Shown piece after piece: positions 50,501 through 62,801 of a stretch of 64,000 nucleotides of DNA (its first letter is position 1; the number at the start of each line of letters is the position of its first letter). The stretch is taken from positions 5,704,001-5,768,000 of the forward strand of contig JBHGNT010000008.1 in assembly GCA_043228905.1 (NCBI GenBank). The letters are read 5' to 3'. The stretch is from Azolla caroliniana. Its lineage: Eukaryota > Plantae > Polypodiophyta. A model generated the notes under the pieces. That model searched no databases. It was given only the letters and a program-made list of their open reading frames with translations, and was not told the origin of the DNA. A program made the position numbers and the translations under genes.

Positions 50501-53225
50501 CCAAGAGCTCACATTCCAAAGTTGATTGAGCTTCTAAAGGAAAAGGTTAGGATGGGAAGTCTTGAGCCATCCAATGCTCCCTACTCTAATAGATGGTTTA
50601 TGGTGCCGAAGAAGAATGGGTCCTTACGCTTTATACAAGATCTCCAACCCGTCAACAAGGTGACGATCCGAAATGCCGGAATTGGTCCAAGCGTGGATGA
50701 ATTTGCCGAAGCCTTCGTGGGAAGATCGATCTATTCCATTGGTGATCTCTACTCGGGTTATGATCAATTTCAATTGGCCGTCAATAGTAGAGATATAACG
50801 ACAATGAGGATACCGATCGGGTTGGTAAGGATGTGCACCTTACCCCAAGGTGCGACAAATTCCGTAGCCCACATGGTGAATGCCATGAACAAAGTGTTGA
50901 GGGATTGTATCCCTGATATCACAATGCCCTTCTTAGACGACATTCCAATCAAAGGATGCTTGGTGGAAGAAAAAGATGAATCAAAAGGTGACAATGGTTG
51001 CCGAAGATTCGTCATCGATCATATAAAGGATAGCGAGAAGGTGTTGCAAAAGCTTGAGGATGCAAATCTCACGTTTTCGGGAGAGAAGTCCGCATTCGGT
51101 CAACCAAAAATATTGGTAGTAGGACACTCATGTGGGTCTTATGGCCGGAAGCCATCTCCATCCAAGATGAACGTTATTCAAGAGATGAAAGAAGAATGTG
51201 TGTCTCAAACGGAGGTGCGAAGATTTTTGGGAGCATGTGCATTCTATCACATATGGATTCCATATTTATGCCCATGTCGCTGAACCATTGTATGGACTAT
51301 TAAAAACAAGGAAGAAGTTTGAATGGGAAGATGAGCATACCTACGCGATTCGAAAGCTAAAGAAACTATTATTGGAAGCTCCAACATTGCACAAAGCTGA
51401 CTATACCGATGGTACCCCGATATATGTGACGGTGGATACGAGCCCAACCGGAATTGGATGGGTGATAAACCAAGAAGACAAAGAAAAGAATCGGTATGCA
51501 ATCCGATTCGGTGCGAAGGTGTTAAATGAAAGACAAAGGAAGTATGCTCAAGTAAAGAGAGAGCTATGGGGAATAGTATCCGCTGTTAAAACCAACTGTG
51601 ACTCCCTTATAGGAATAGAGGTCATAATCGAAACCGACTGTCTACCTATTCTCGGAATGATATCCGGTTGTGCTACACCGGATATTGCTATGCTGCGATG
51701 GATTGCCTATATCAAGTCCCTCAACCCCGAGATTCGGCATATAAATGGAAAGCATAATGTGGTGGCCGATATGTTGTCAAGGGCGAGGTATGAGGGTGAA
51801 GAAGATTTGCACTCCGACGAAGAGGATGTTGGCCTAAACTTCTTTACGGTTTCTTGTGCTCGGGTGCTAGCAGTGTTCAAAGTACAAGATTATGAGGGTG
51901 AATTCATTGAAATTGGCAAATACTTAAGCTCTCTTACAAAAGATGAATCATGGTCAAAGGAAGACTTCTACCGAATTAGGAAGAAGGCCTACAAGTTCTT
52001 CCTCAAAGAAGGACATCTATGGAAGTTTCCGAAGAAGAAGAATGGAACTCCACTTCGAGTGGTGTGCAAGAAACAGGATCAACAAACACTAATTGTTGAA
52101 TTTCATGATAGTGTGTGGGCAGGTCATTGAGGTATATGGGCAACATTTGCAAAGCTCAAGGAGAAGTATTGGTGGTCGGGTGTTTACAAAGATGTAGCAA
52201 GCTATGTTGAAACATGTGAGCAATGCCAATTATACTCGAATATTCAACATAGGGATGAACTTCATCCGACATATCCATTATCAATGCACTATAAGTGGTT
52301 GGTAGACATAGTGGTTATGCCAATGGGATTGGGGCAAATGAAATATCTCGTGCTAGCAAGAGAGGATCTCACCAACCAAGTAGAAGGACGGGCGCTAAGG
52401 AATAAAACAACTTCGGCGGTTTGTAAGTTTCTCCTTGAAGATGCTATTTGTCGATACGGATGTGTCGGCAAAATAGTAGCCGATAGGGGAGAATTAGATG
52501 CGAATGAAGCTAAAGAGTTCTTTTCAAGAATAGGCGTCAAATTATCGCTCACCATGGCGTACAACCCGGACGCAAATAGGAAGGTGGAACGAGGACATAG
52601 TCCAATTGTAAAAGCTCTAGCAAAGGCTTGCGACAGCAAGATGGGAATTTGGCCATGATTACTACCTTATGCATTGTGGGCAAATTGAACTACACATAGC
52701 ACGACTACGGGATATATGCCCGCCGAACTCATATTAGGACAAAAACCAATAATGCCTATTGAGCAAAGTGTTGCTTCGTGGACGTCTTTGCCATGGCAAG
52801 AGGAAATGAGTCGGGAAGACTTGCTAGCCACGAGGATTCAACAATTAGAACGAAGGCTTGAAGATGTCGAGTTGGCAATAGAATGGTTGCGCCAAGCTCG
52901 ATTGAAGAACAAGGAGAATTTTGATAGAAAGCATCGTCTTCGACAAAGAAAAATTGAAGAAGGAGATTGGGTTCTTGTCTATGATAATAGTCTCGATAAT
53001 CAATATAGCACTGCTCAAAAGTTCGCAAAACGATGGTTTGGCTCGTATATGGTCAAGAAAATAGAAAGCAATGCAACCTATTTTTTAGCGGAGTTAGATG
53101 GAACTCAACTTGCTTTGCCAATAGCAGGGAAGAGGATCAAGATCTTTAAGAGAAGAGAGGCCCCAAATCTTGAGATCGAAGCTCTAGATGATGTATCCTC
53201 GAACATCGAGGTTGAAGAAGAGTAA
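47572..53225 (+). pseudogene. Disrupted gypsy gag-PR and RT-RH-INT
   Basis: Knuckle CVWCDSFEHSRREC; protease LIDHGSEIN; RT LPQGATNS and PFLDDIPIKG; RNase H TVDTSP; integrase LVDIV..IVADRG..VERGH; stops and frameshifts. Confidence 0.92.
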
Positions 53226-53908
53226 TTAAAAAAGAGGAACCTCACCACAATTGGCACATACCGGTGGATGTGCAGGTTTGGTGGGGGTGAATGTCGTGTG
53301 GTTTTTCACACACAATATGAAAACTAGTAAAATAATTATTTAAGATTAGCTTAATGTATTCATATAGATAAGTGTCTTCAAGAGTTTCATAGCGTATTTT
53401 ACTACGCATGAAACAGATAAACAAGTATCAAGCTATATGAGTATGAAGTTTGAAAAGTTTCATAGCGTATTTTACTACGCGTGAAATAGATAAACAAGTA
53501 TCAAGCTATGTGAGTATGAAGTTTGAAGAGTTTCATAGCGTATTTTACTACGCATGAAACGGATAAACAAGTATCAAGCTATGTGAGTGTGAAGTTTGAA
53601 GAAGAAGAAAGAAAAGACAAAACTATGAGATATCCCACATAGATAGGACAACATTGGAACCCAGGATATATAAGGGAAACCAAAACATATTCATTCTATC
53701 ATTGTGTGGAACATAGAATGTTCAAGGTGACTTGGGCTAAATTGTGGGGTGTGCACGCTTTGGGTGTATGTGCGTGTGCTTGGCTGCGTGGACGTTTTCG
53801 GACGTATGCGCGCATGGACGTGCGTGTGCAAGTTTCGGGCGTACGCGTGGATGTTTCGGACGGACGCGTATGTGCGGACGAGCGCGCACGTGGATGCGTA
53901 CACTACGG

Positions 53909-54626
53909 TGTCGTGCCTTTCGGCTCCGGATCGTTTGCGTGAGTCGGGTGGGAACCACTGAGGTTTTGGACTAGGAGGAGGAAGAATTTGAGACGATTAT
54001 AATTATGAGTAGATTATTAGAAACTTGTGAATCCCACAAGTATAATGTATTTTATTGATTAATATTTATGTAAGAATATGTATTTAGATTGATAGAGAAA
54101 GATATAGAAATCTCGTGAATCCCACGAGTATAGTTTATTAATTGGTGTTTTAGGAAATATATCCAATTTCCCAAATATTTTTCACACACAATTACATTGT
54201 GCTTCCCATCCTTATGTAGTGATGAGGAAGTCTTAGTAATCCATGCTTTTTCTCTAACTATAGACCCCATGCTTTTCCTATAGATAGACTATATGCTTTA
54301 TCTAAAGTGATCATGCTTTTTTCTAACTTGTGCGTTTTTTATCATGCACGCTAGATGTGTATGTGTAGCTTTTTCTTTTGTTATGCGTTTTTCTAATGTT
54401 TATCCTAGCGTGAATTTATCTTTCTATGTGGGACATCTATGCTTTAACACTAATGAAATGCTAGTGTAATGGTAAGACATTACATTATTAACATGGAGGT
54501 GCAAGGTTCGAATCTTGCCCTATGCATGTTCCATTTATTTTGCTATTTTCTTCTATTTCTTCATTTTTTTTATTGAATCTAATACTATATACGTTTTTCA
54601 CGTAGTGTACAAAATACATTACGACA
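53909..54626 (-). mobile_element. Solo LTR of a related gypsy family inserted into the LTR, 4-bp TSD ACGG
   Basis: TGTCGT...ACGACA termini; ACGG at 53905-53908 and 54627-54630; the U5 motif CTAGTCCAAAACCTCAGTGGTTCC on the minus strand matches 47489-47512. Confidence 0.85.
54462..54518 (+). promoter_or_regulatory. tRNA-like Pol III A/B-box module (also at 5139-5196, 13651-13708, about 23134-23192, about 56499-56557, minus strand about 58513-58573, weaker at about 63280-63358)
   Basis: A box TAGTGTAATGG or TGGTATAATGG and B box GGTTCGA(A/G)TC at tRNA-like spacing (45-46 nt from T8 to T54). Confidence 0.65.
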
Positions 54627-57600
54627 ACGGCGCCGTCGAGACTTTTGCACGCGGATGCGTACACGGTGCGGGTTGGACGCGCGCACGCATGGATGCGTAC
54701 ACTACGTCGTGGTCGGGACTTTTGCGTGTGGACATGTCGACGGTTTGGTTGCGACGCACGCACTTGGATGCGTACACTACGGCGCGGTCGGGACGCACGC
54801 ATGCGTGGATGCGTACACTACTACGTGGTCGGGACTTTTGCGCGCAGACACGTCTACGGTTTGGTTGCGACGCACGGGCTAAATTTTATGGATGATTGTG
54901 TCATTTGGCCGAATTATACGGACAATCACATGCAACCAAAAGCCAAGGCCATGCAACTAAAAGGAAAAGGCATGCATCTAAAAATGGAAGCATGCAACTA
55001 AAAATAGAGGCCATCCAACAAAAAGTGGGCATGCAAAGTAACATTGGGGAGGAGGAGCAACGAGGAGCTCGATATGTGTCCCATTTTTTCCCTCCTAGTT
55101 TTTTTTTTCCCCCTTCTTTCTTCTTCCCTCTCGGATTCGAGAAGAAAATTATCTCACATATTGATATCAAACTCCTAGCTTTGTTTACTTGATCTTTCTT
55201 GTCAAAAATTATCTCTGGTATTCATATCGGACCACTCCTTGCATGGTTGTTGGCTCCTTTCTTTGAAAACTAATCTCTCATTTCCATACCCAACCCATTG
55301 TAACACGATTCTGAAATTATAAAGAATTGATTTTCTTTTGCAATAAACTAATGATTTGTCTCTCCCTCTTTTCTCATGCTTAAAACTTGCTTGTGTTGTT
55401 CATGTTGCTCTAAATCCTTCTAGTCCAGAACCCCGGCGGTTCCGTCTCACGATCCGCACATAGTGATGGATTTTCACGACATAATTAAGTGGGCAAAGGC
55501 TGGACGATCGCCTTGACACAGTCGTCAGATTTTGTTGATCACCGTCCTGATGTTGTCGGTATCTCCGAAGCAGGCTTTAAACTTGCTAATAAAGTCTTCA
55601 AAGTTATTAAGCAAGGGAGATTGTTTTTCCAAAAGCGGAATGAACAATCCCAAGGCTGAGCTGCTGAGCTGCTGAGCAACGTGTCTATTAGGCCTACTCG
55701 GGATGCATCAATGGGGTATTGGGAAGGATGCATTTGCGTACCTAATTAAGGAATCCTCTAAATTGTGAGCACGTTCTATCGAATTTCACAAGAAGACAAA
55801 TCTTGGGCTCTTTATGAAGTCCTTGGGGACTTGATCCTTGTTGTTGTAACTTGTGATGGTTGCTTCAAGCTGTTGTACGCGTATCGCTAACTCCCGATGT
55901 TGTTGTTGCAACTCCCCATGATGTTGCTAAGTTTGTTGTTTTTCTAAACCAATTTGTTGAAGATCCCCTAACAATCGTTGGTTTTCTTGTTCGAATGCAA
56001 CAAATTTTTCTTTTAGACACTGTAGCTTGGAAAAAACGGATGGATATTTCTGGGCACTAATACTAGCCATAGTATTGGAAAAAGAGGTAAGATGATGAGG
56101 GAAACCAAAAAGAAAACTAGAGGGAAATTTTGGTTCAAACTGTCAGGAATAGTACTAAAACAGAGAGAGAATTAGTACTAGAAAAGGGAAGTACTATTAG
56201 TATTAAGAGGACGGACTGCGTAAGACTCATGAGAGAGGAAGAGAGAAAAGGGGCGAGAGAGAGAGAGAGAGGATGATGATAACAGATGATATATTATGTG
56301 AAGAATAAGTACAAAATAGCTATGAGGCTTAAGACTGGCGTTGAACCAATTTGGTTCGAAATAATGCCTTGTGCCTCTTTTATAGTGTTCTCAAGAATAG
56401 TCCTAAAGCTTCTAGAATGTTCCAGAGAAATCTGGAATATACAATAATTTTCTATAGTAAAAGTTAAATGAAAATAATATTCTACGTATTACAATAGATA
56501 ATGTAATGGTCAAGAGCTCGACCCATATAACATAAGGTTATGGGTTTGAGTCTTGCCATATCATGACAGTACATGCACATAGGTTATGCTACCGAATACC
56601 TTGAGGTGTCTTAAGTTCGGCTTCCGCCTGAAATACAGCTTGTGTACTGACACCTTCTCCCCAATCCGGTTTTGGATGTAGACGGCCGTCTGGACAAATT
56701 CGGCCCAGTAGAACATGGGCATGCTATTCTCTTCCAGCATTTCCCATGCCGCCTCGACGACCAACCGATTCTTCCTCTCGGTTAAGCCGTTCTATTCCGG
56801 CATGTATCGGCAACTGAATTCCCTCTTAATTCCTTTCTGCTGCAACTAATTGTTGAATTGGCTGGAAAAGTATTATTTTTTTCCATCTGACCACATGCAC
56901 TTAATCTTCCTCTCCGTTTCCCCTTTGACTAAATGTTGCAAGTTCCGGAAATCATCGAAAACATCACTTTTCTTTTTGATCTTGTAGATCCATGTGTGCC
57001 GGTTGGAGTTGTCAATGAAGGAGACGAAATATCGACTCCCGCCAAGTCGAACCTTTTGTGCAGGTCCCCATACATCCGAATGTATCAAGTCGAGCTTGTT
57101 CCTAACACTGTGCAGTTGGGGAATGGAAGTCAGTGTTGCTTCCCAAGTTGGCAAGCTTCACAAATTCGGGCCTTCCGTCTACTGAATTTTAGTAGTCCGA
57201 ACACCACCTATTTCGACTGTAGGTCCTAAAACCTTTGGCAATGGAGGTGGCCAATCCGCTTGTGCCACAGGTCAATATCTTACTCGAACTTCTGTCCTTT
57301 TGCTAATAAAGCGGTGCCGACGTCATTGGTGTCAAGGATAAACATCCTCCCATCCTAACGACCTTGTGCAATTATCTGGCCTTCTTCCTCGATGAAGCAC
57401 CCGAGATATGTAAACCATACTTGCATCCCCTGATCGACGATTTATCCGATCGACACCGGGTTCTTTGTAATTGTTGGAACATGTAGTACATTCATCAGCT
57501 TTCCCTTTCGTCTGACATGACTCAAAGGGATTTCTCCGACATGCTCCATCGGGTGTGGAGTGTCGTCTCGAGTTTCAACAACTCCTAGTTGCTCCGGCTT

Positions 57601-58584
57601 TTCAAGATATGAGAACCACTCTTCATGGCTGTTCATGTGATTCGACGCTCCAGAGTCAACATACCACACTTCCTCCGATTTGGAAGAGGTCTTTCTTCAT
57701 CGAGTTCGCCTTATGCTTCATCACGAAGCCTGCCCCTTTTCCAGTCTTTCCAGTTACAGGTCCTTCTGATCCTTTTGCGTAGTGCGAGCTCTGCCGATTT
57801 CCTTGTCCAACCTGGCCGGATTTGGATTTATCCGAATCGGCACACTTTTTCCAGCACTTGCTTTCTCGGTGGCCTTTCTTGCCACATTACCAGCATTCCA
57901 TATCGGCTTTTTACTGCTAGTTTCAGGCACCACCTTGAGTCCCCCTACTTATGGAGGGTTCGGAATTGTTGTCGACACTATCTCTGTGCCTCCGATTCTA
58001 CTCTTGTTAACCGTTACTATAGTGTGACGACCCACCTCGTCCTCCACGCCCACGGGGCCGATCCGCCTCCCTGTATAGCATCCAGTTGTCTAATTGAGTG
58101 TTCTTCGACCCACTTGCGTGGTTTTCTTCGACCATCAACATCTATTGCAAGTCGAAGAAGGATGGTGTATTCTCTTGGGTGCAAATCCCCGTCCGGATAG
58201 GCCCGTACCTCTGCGCTAGACCACCGAGGCAGATCTGCACCATCTCGTCTTCGTCCACCGTCACGTTGATGGATCCTAGTGCATCACAAATCTCCTTGAT
58301 CTTGGTGGTGTGGTTTGTAACCAACATGTTCCTTTGCCGGATGTTGTTGACCTCTTGCCGGAGCTACAACTTACAGGTCCTGGTATTGGCAGCGAAAATC
58401 GTTTTCAGATTTTCCCAAGCTTCTTTTGGTGACTTCGCAGCTCTGATGTAGCCGAGCATTTGATCGTGCACACAAGACGCGAGGCAGTACAACACCTTAC
58501 TCTTGTCATGATATGACAAGACTCGAACCCATGACCTTATGTTATATGGGTCGAGATCTTGACCATTACACTATCTATTGTAAT

Positions 58585-59161
58585 CATAGTTCTAGCCATA
58601 CGTCCCATTCGTGTCATACTCAAACGCCAATATTCGTATCATACTCATACGTGAAAAGGCTCCAAGTATGATTGAAATCCATACGCGGTACATAGATATA
58701 TTATATATACATATGGTGTATATGGTGTACATAGTGTGTGTGTGTGTGTGAGGGGGAGAGAGAGAGAGAGAGAAAGAGAGCGTGTGTGGTCTAGAGAGAG
58801 AAGCCCTGTTTTGCATGTGTGAGGAGACAGTGATTGAGTGTATATCTAGACTCTAGAGAGAGAGAGAGAGAGGAGCTATGGGTTTTGTCTGTGTGAAGGA
58901 GTATGTAATATGTATATTAGATATCTAGATTTTGTAGAGAGAGAAAATCTGTCAGTTCTCGTGTGAGAGAGAGAGAGAGTGTGTATGTGTGTCAGATGTC
59001 ACTTTTATTCACAAAATATTATGAATATCAAAAATTAAAAAAACCCAAAAAAAGTCAAAAAAAAAAAAAAAGCCAAACGAATATCGCGTATCATACGCGT
59101 ACGTTTGCAAACGTTCGCGTACGTCCAGTAAATTGGACGTACGCGAATATTAGGAACTATG
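58585..59161. mobile_element. Non-autonomous hAT-like DNA transposon (MITE), 577 bp
   Basis: 8-bp TSD ATTGTAAT (58577-58584 and 59162-59169); TIR CATAGTTC/GAACTATG; CGTACG-rich subtermini. Confidence 0.85.
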
Positions 59162-59519
59162 ATTGTAATACGTAGGATATTATTTTCATTTACGTTTTAC
59201 TATGAAAAATTAATGTATATTCCAAATTTCTCTGGAACATTCTAGAAGCTTCAGGACTACTCCTAAGAACACTATAAAAGGAGGCACAAGGCATTATTTC
59301 GAACCAAATTGGTTCCACACTAGTATTAAACCTCATAGCTATTTTGTATTTACTCTTCACATAATATATCATCTGTTATCATCATCCTCTCTCTCTCTCG
59401 CCCTCACTATCTCTCTCTCGCTCCTTTTCTCTCTTCCTCTCTCATGAGTCTTACGCAGTCAGTCCTCTTAGTATTAATAGTACTTCCCTTCTCTCTCTGT
59501 TTTAGTACTATTCCTAACC

Positions 59520-59533
59520 GTTTGAACCAATTT
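59520..59533 (+). promoter_or_regulatory. Putative self-priming PBS GTTTGAACCAATTT
   Basis: Complementary to AAATTGGTTC at 59306-59315, which lies 33 nt after TATAAAAG (59273). Confidence 0.75.
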
Positions 59534-59811
59534 TCTCCCTCTGGTCGTCTTTTCGGTTTCCCTCATCCTCTTACCCCTTTTTCCAATATTATGGCTACTA
59601 TTAGCACCCAAGAATATCAATCCGTTTTTTCCGAGCTTCAATGTCTAAAATAAAAATGTGTTGCATTGGAACAAGAAAACCAACGATTGTTAGGGGATCT
59701 TCAACAAATCGCTTTAGAAAAACAACAAACGCAACAACATGGGGAGTTGCAACAACAACATGGGGAGTTAGTGTTACGTGTGCAACAACTCAAAGCAACC
59801 ATCGTAGCGTT

Positions 59812-60205
59812 GCAACAACAGGGATCAAGTCCCCAAGGACTTCATAAAGAGCCCAAGATTGGACTTCCTGTGAAATTCGATGGAACACGATCACAGTTCA
59901 GAGGATTCCTTAATCAAGTACGTTTAGTCATTTAGATGCATCCTTCCCGATACCCCACTGATGCATCCTGAGTAGGCTTAATAGGCACGTTGCTCAGCAA
60001 CTCAGCCTTGGCAACAACAGGGATCAAGTCCCCAAGGACTTCATAAAGAGCCCAAGATTGGACTTCCTGTGAAATTCGATGGAACACGATCACAGTTCAG
60101 AGGATTCCTTAATCAAGTACTTTTAGTCATTTAGATGCATCCTTCCCAATACCCCACTGACGCATCCTGAGTAGGCTTAATAGGCACGTTGCTCAGCGGC
60201 TCAGC
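59812..60205. repeat. 199-bp tandem duplication in gag
   Basis: GCAACAACAGGGATCAAGTCCCC at 59812 and 60011. Confidence 0.9.
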
Positions 60206-62801
60206 AGGCCTTGGCATGGTTCGCTCTGCTTTTAGAAAAACAATCTCCCTTGCTTAATAACTTTGAAGACTTTATTAGCGAGTTTAAAGCCTGCTTTAGA
60301 GATACCGACAGCATCAGGACGGTGATCAACAAGATCTGACGATTGCGTCAAGGTGATCATCCAGCCTCTGCCTACGCGGAGGAGTTCCATCTACTCGCCT
60401 CGGATATCCCCTGGGATGATCAAGCACTAATGGAGGAGTTTCGCTACGGCCTGCGAAACGACGTCAAAGATTTACTTTTAACCTTCCCCAAATATCCAAA
60501 ATCTCTCATAGAGGCAATCAATCGAGCGGTTCGATGCGACAATCGTCTTTTTGAACGACGTTCGGAATGACAATTACAAATACCACGAACTAGGCCAGAG
60601 CCCACATACGCCTCAGGCATAGCTAAACCGTTTGCATGAGATGTATCTCAAGCAAATACTCCGACACCGATGGAAATCGACACCATGCGTCGACGTGGCC
60701 CGTTATCGGAAGAAGAAAAGCAACGACAACGTGCAAATAGATTATGTCTTTAATGTGGTGGACCAGGGCATATCGCAATCCATTGTCCCCATAGGCCAAG
60801 AAGACAGGTAAATCAAATCGTAGCCTATACTAAACCCGAGTCAATTCCCGTAGGAGTGTCTGATAGTATTAATAGTACTGATAGCCCAAATATCTCAAAC
60901 AAATTTGAAATCCTTAGTCAATTAGAGGAAGAGTTAAACAACTAAGTCCAGCCAAAATAGGAGTCTTTCACTGGACAACCCTGGATTTATGCAACCCATT
61001 AGTGGTTCCATTCCCTCTAAGCAAGTTAGCAATGTGTTCTTAGCCCAAGTCATGGTTAGTAATAAAAGTACCCCTCCAGTACACGTCTTAGCACTTTTAG
61101 ATTCCGGAGCCAATTCCTGTTTCATGGATCGGAATTTTGCCCAAGCTTCTTAGATATCCTTAAGAAAACTTCCTTGCCCCGCATCTGTAGTAGTCATTGA
61201 TGGTCGTCCCATTGCTTCTGGGAATATCGTAGAAGAGTCTGAACCCATTCAGTTTGTCCTAAATAGCTTTGTGTGTGTGGTATCATTTAATATAATTAGT
61301 AGTGCAAATCATCCCATTGTCCTGGGATTACCTTGATTTGAATTACATAATCCAGACATAGATTGGAGAACTAGAGAAGTCCGGTATCGACAACCCCGAG
61401 AAACTACTCATCGAGTTTCGACCATTTCGCTCCATCAATTACGCGAAGAAGGACACAAAGAGTCAATGTTTCTATTTGCAATATCAGTACATCCTTCCAG
61501 CACTATTAAGAAGGAATCCTTAGTTCAACTTCCCGCAAAATATCATCCTTATGTCGATGTATTTGACAAGATAAAAGCCGGTACTCTTCCTCATCATCAT
61601 CCCTATGATTGTCCCATCGATTTACAACCAAGAAAAGAGCCACCATGGGGACCGATTTACAACTTGTCACCAACCGAGATGGAAGTCCTCCGAGCCTACA
61701 TAGAAGAGAATTTGGCAAGCGGGTTTATTCATCATTCGAAATCTCCTACCGGTGCACGCATTTTCTTTGTCAAGAAGAAAGATGGATCCCTTCTTCTCAT
61801 GCATTGATTACCGCGGTTTGAATAAGGTCACCATCAGGAATAGGTATGCACTTCCCCTTATATCAAGTCTTTTAGAACATGTAAATGGTGCCAAGTTTTT
61901 TACAAAAATTGACTTACGAGGAGCATATAACCTCATGCGGATCCGGCCAGGAGACGAATGGCAAACCGCTTTTCGCACCCGATATGGGCACTTCGAGTAT
62001 ACCATTATGCCGTTCAGTCTAATCAATGCGCCCGCAGTCTTCCAGCACATGGCAAATGATACATTCAGAGACCTCTTGGATATCTGTTTGATCATCTATT
62101 TGGATGATCTATTGATTTATTCGAAGACCCAGGAAGAGCATGATTCTCATGTACTATTAGTACTAAAACGACTCTGAGAGCATGGTCTTTATGCCAAACT
62201 AGAAAAATGTAGCTTTGACTGCAAGAAAGTGGAATTTCTAGGCTACATCATCTTCTCAAAAGGCATTTGCATGGATCTACCTCAAGTCAAAACTGTGCTA
62301 GAGTGGCAAACTCCACATTCCTTACGAGATGTGCAATGTTTCCTAGGCTTCGCTAACTTCTACCGCAAGTTTATACAAGATTACTCGAAGATTATTTTGC
62401 CTCTCACACAGCTTACCAAGAAGGGACAGTCATTTCTTTGGTCCAATGAAGCGGACATGGCTTTTATGCATCTTAAGAAAGCCTTTACATCAGCTCCTAT
62501 TCTAGCTCATGTGGATACAAACAAACCATTCATCATGGAGGCTGACGCATCGGATTTCGCCCTCGGTAGCATCCTTTCACAACAAGGAGATAAAGAAGAG
62601 TTACACCTTGTGGCTTTCCACTCCGCAAATTTGATGACGCGGAAATTAACTACGAGATACATGACAAGGAGTCATTAGCCATTGTGGATTCGTTTGTGCA
62701 ACGGCGGCACTTCTTAGAGGGCTCTCCTCATCAGGTCATCGTCTTAAGTGATCACAAAAATCTTGCTTATTTCTAGAACGCTCGCGTACTAAATCGACGG
62801 T

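Larger units (their letters stand above)
46187..55481 (+). mobile_element. Ty3/gypsy element with about 1.36-kb LTRs and a tRNA-Trp-like PBS
   Basis: LTR 46187-47550 (TGTCG..CGACA); PBS TGGTGAACCCGACATGA at 47559-47575; G-rich PPT before the second LTR (53292-53908 plus 54631-55481). Confidence 0.92.
22781..56568 (-). mobile_element. Second chromovirus, expanded to 33.8 kb by nested insertions, TSD GTACA
   Basis: LTRs 22781-23203 and 56141-56568; GTACA at 22776-22780 and 56569-56573; coding remnants 23196-26197, 44284-46186 and 55493-56070. Confidence 0.94.
14324..58503 (-). mobile_element. Ty1/copia host element, fragmented into 14324-17330, 22630-22780 and 56574-58503; 5' part not in the window
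   Basis: 3' LTR 14324-14768 with PPT at 14769-14780; RNase H (KHIKVHYHFV), RT (LYMDD, KNAFL, YGLKQAP), integrase (IHSDVWGPA), protease (WYVDSGAS) and gag in copia order once the insertions are removed. Confidence 0.88.
58504..62800 (+). mobile_element. Third chromovirus, 5' part: LTR 58504-59519, then degenerate gag-PR-RT-RH from 59591
   Basis: Reverse complement of the LTR family at 4760 and 22781; LLDSGA protease; YLDD; EADASDF; interrupted at 62801. Confidence 0.93.
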
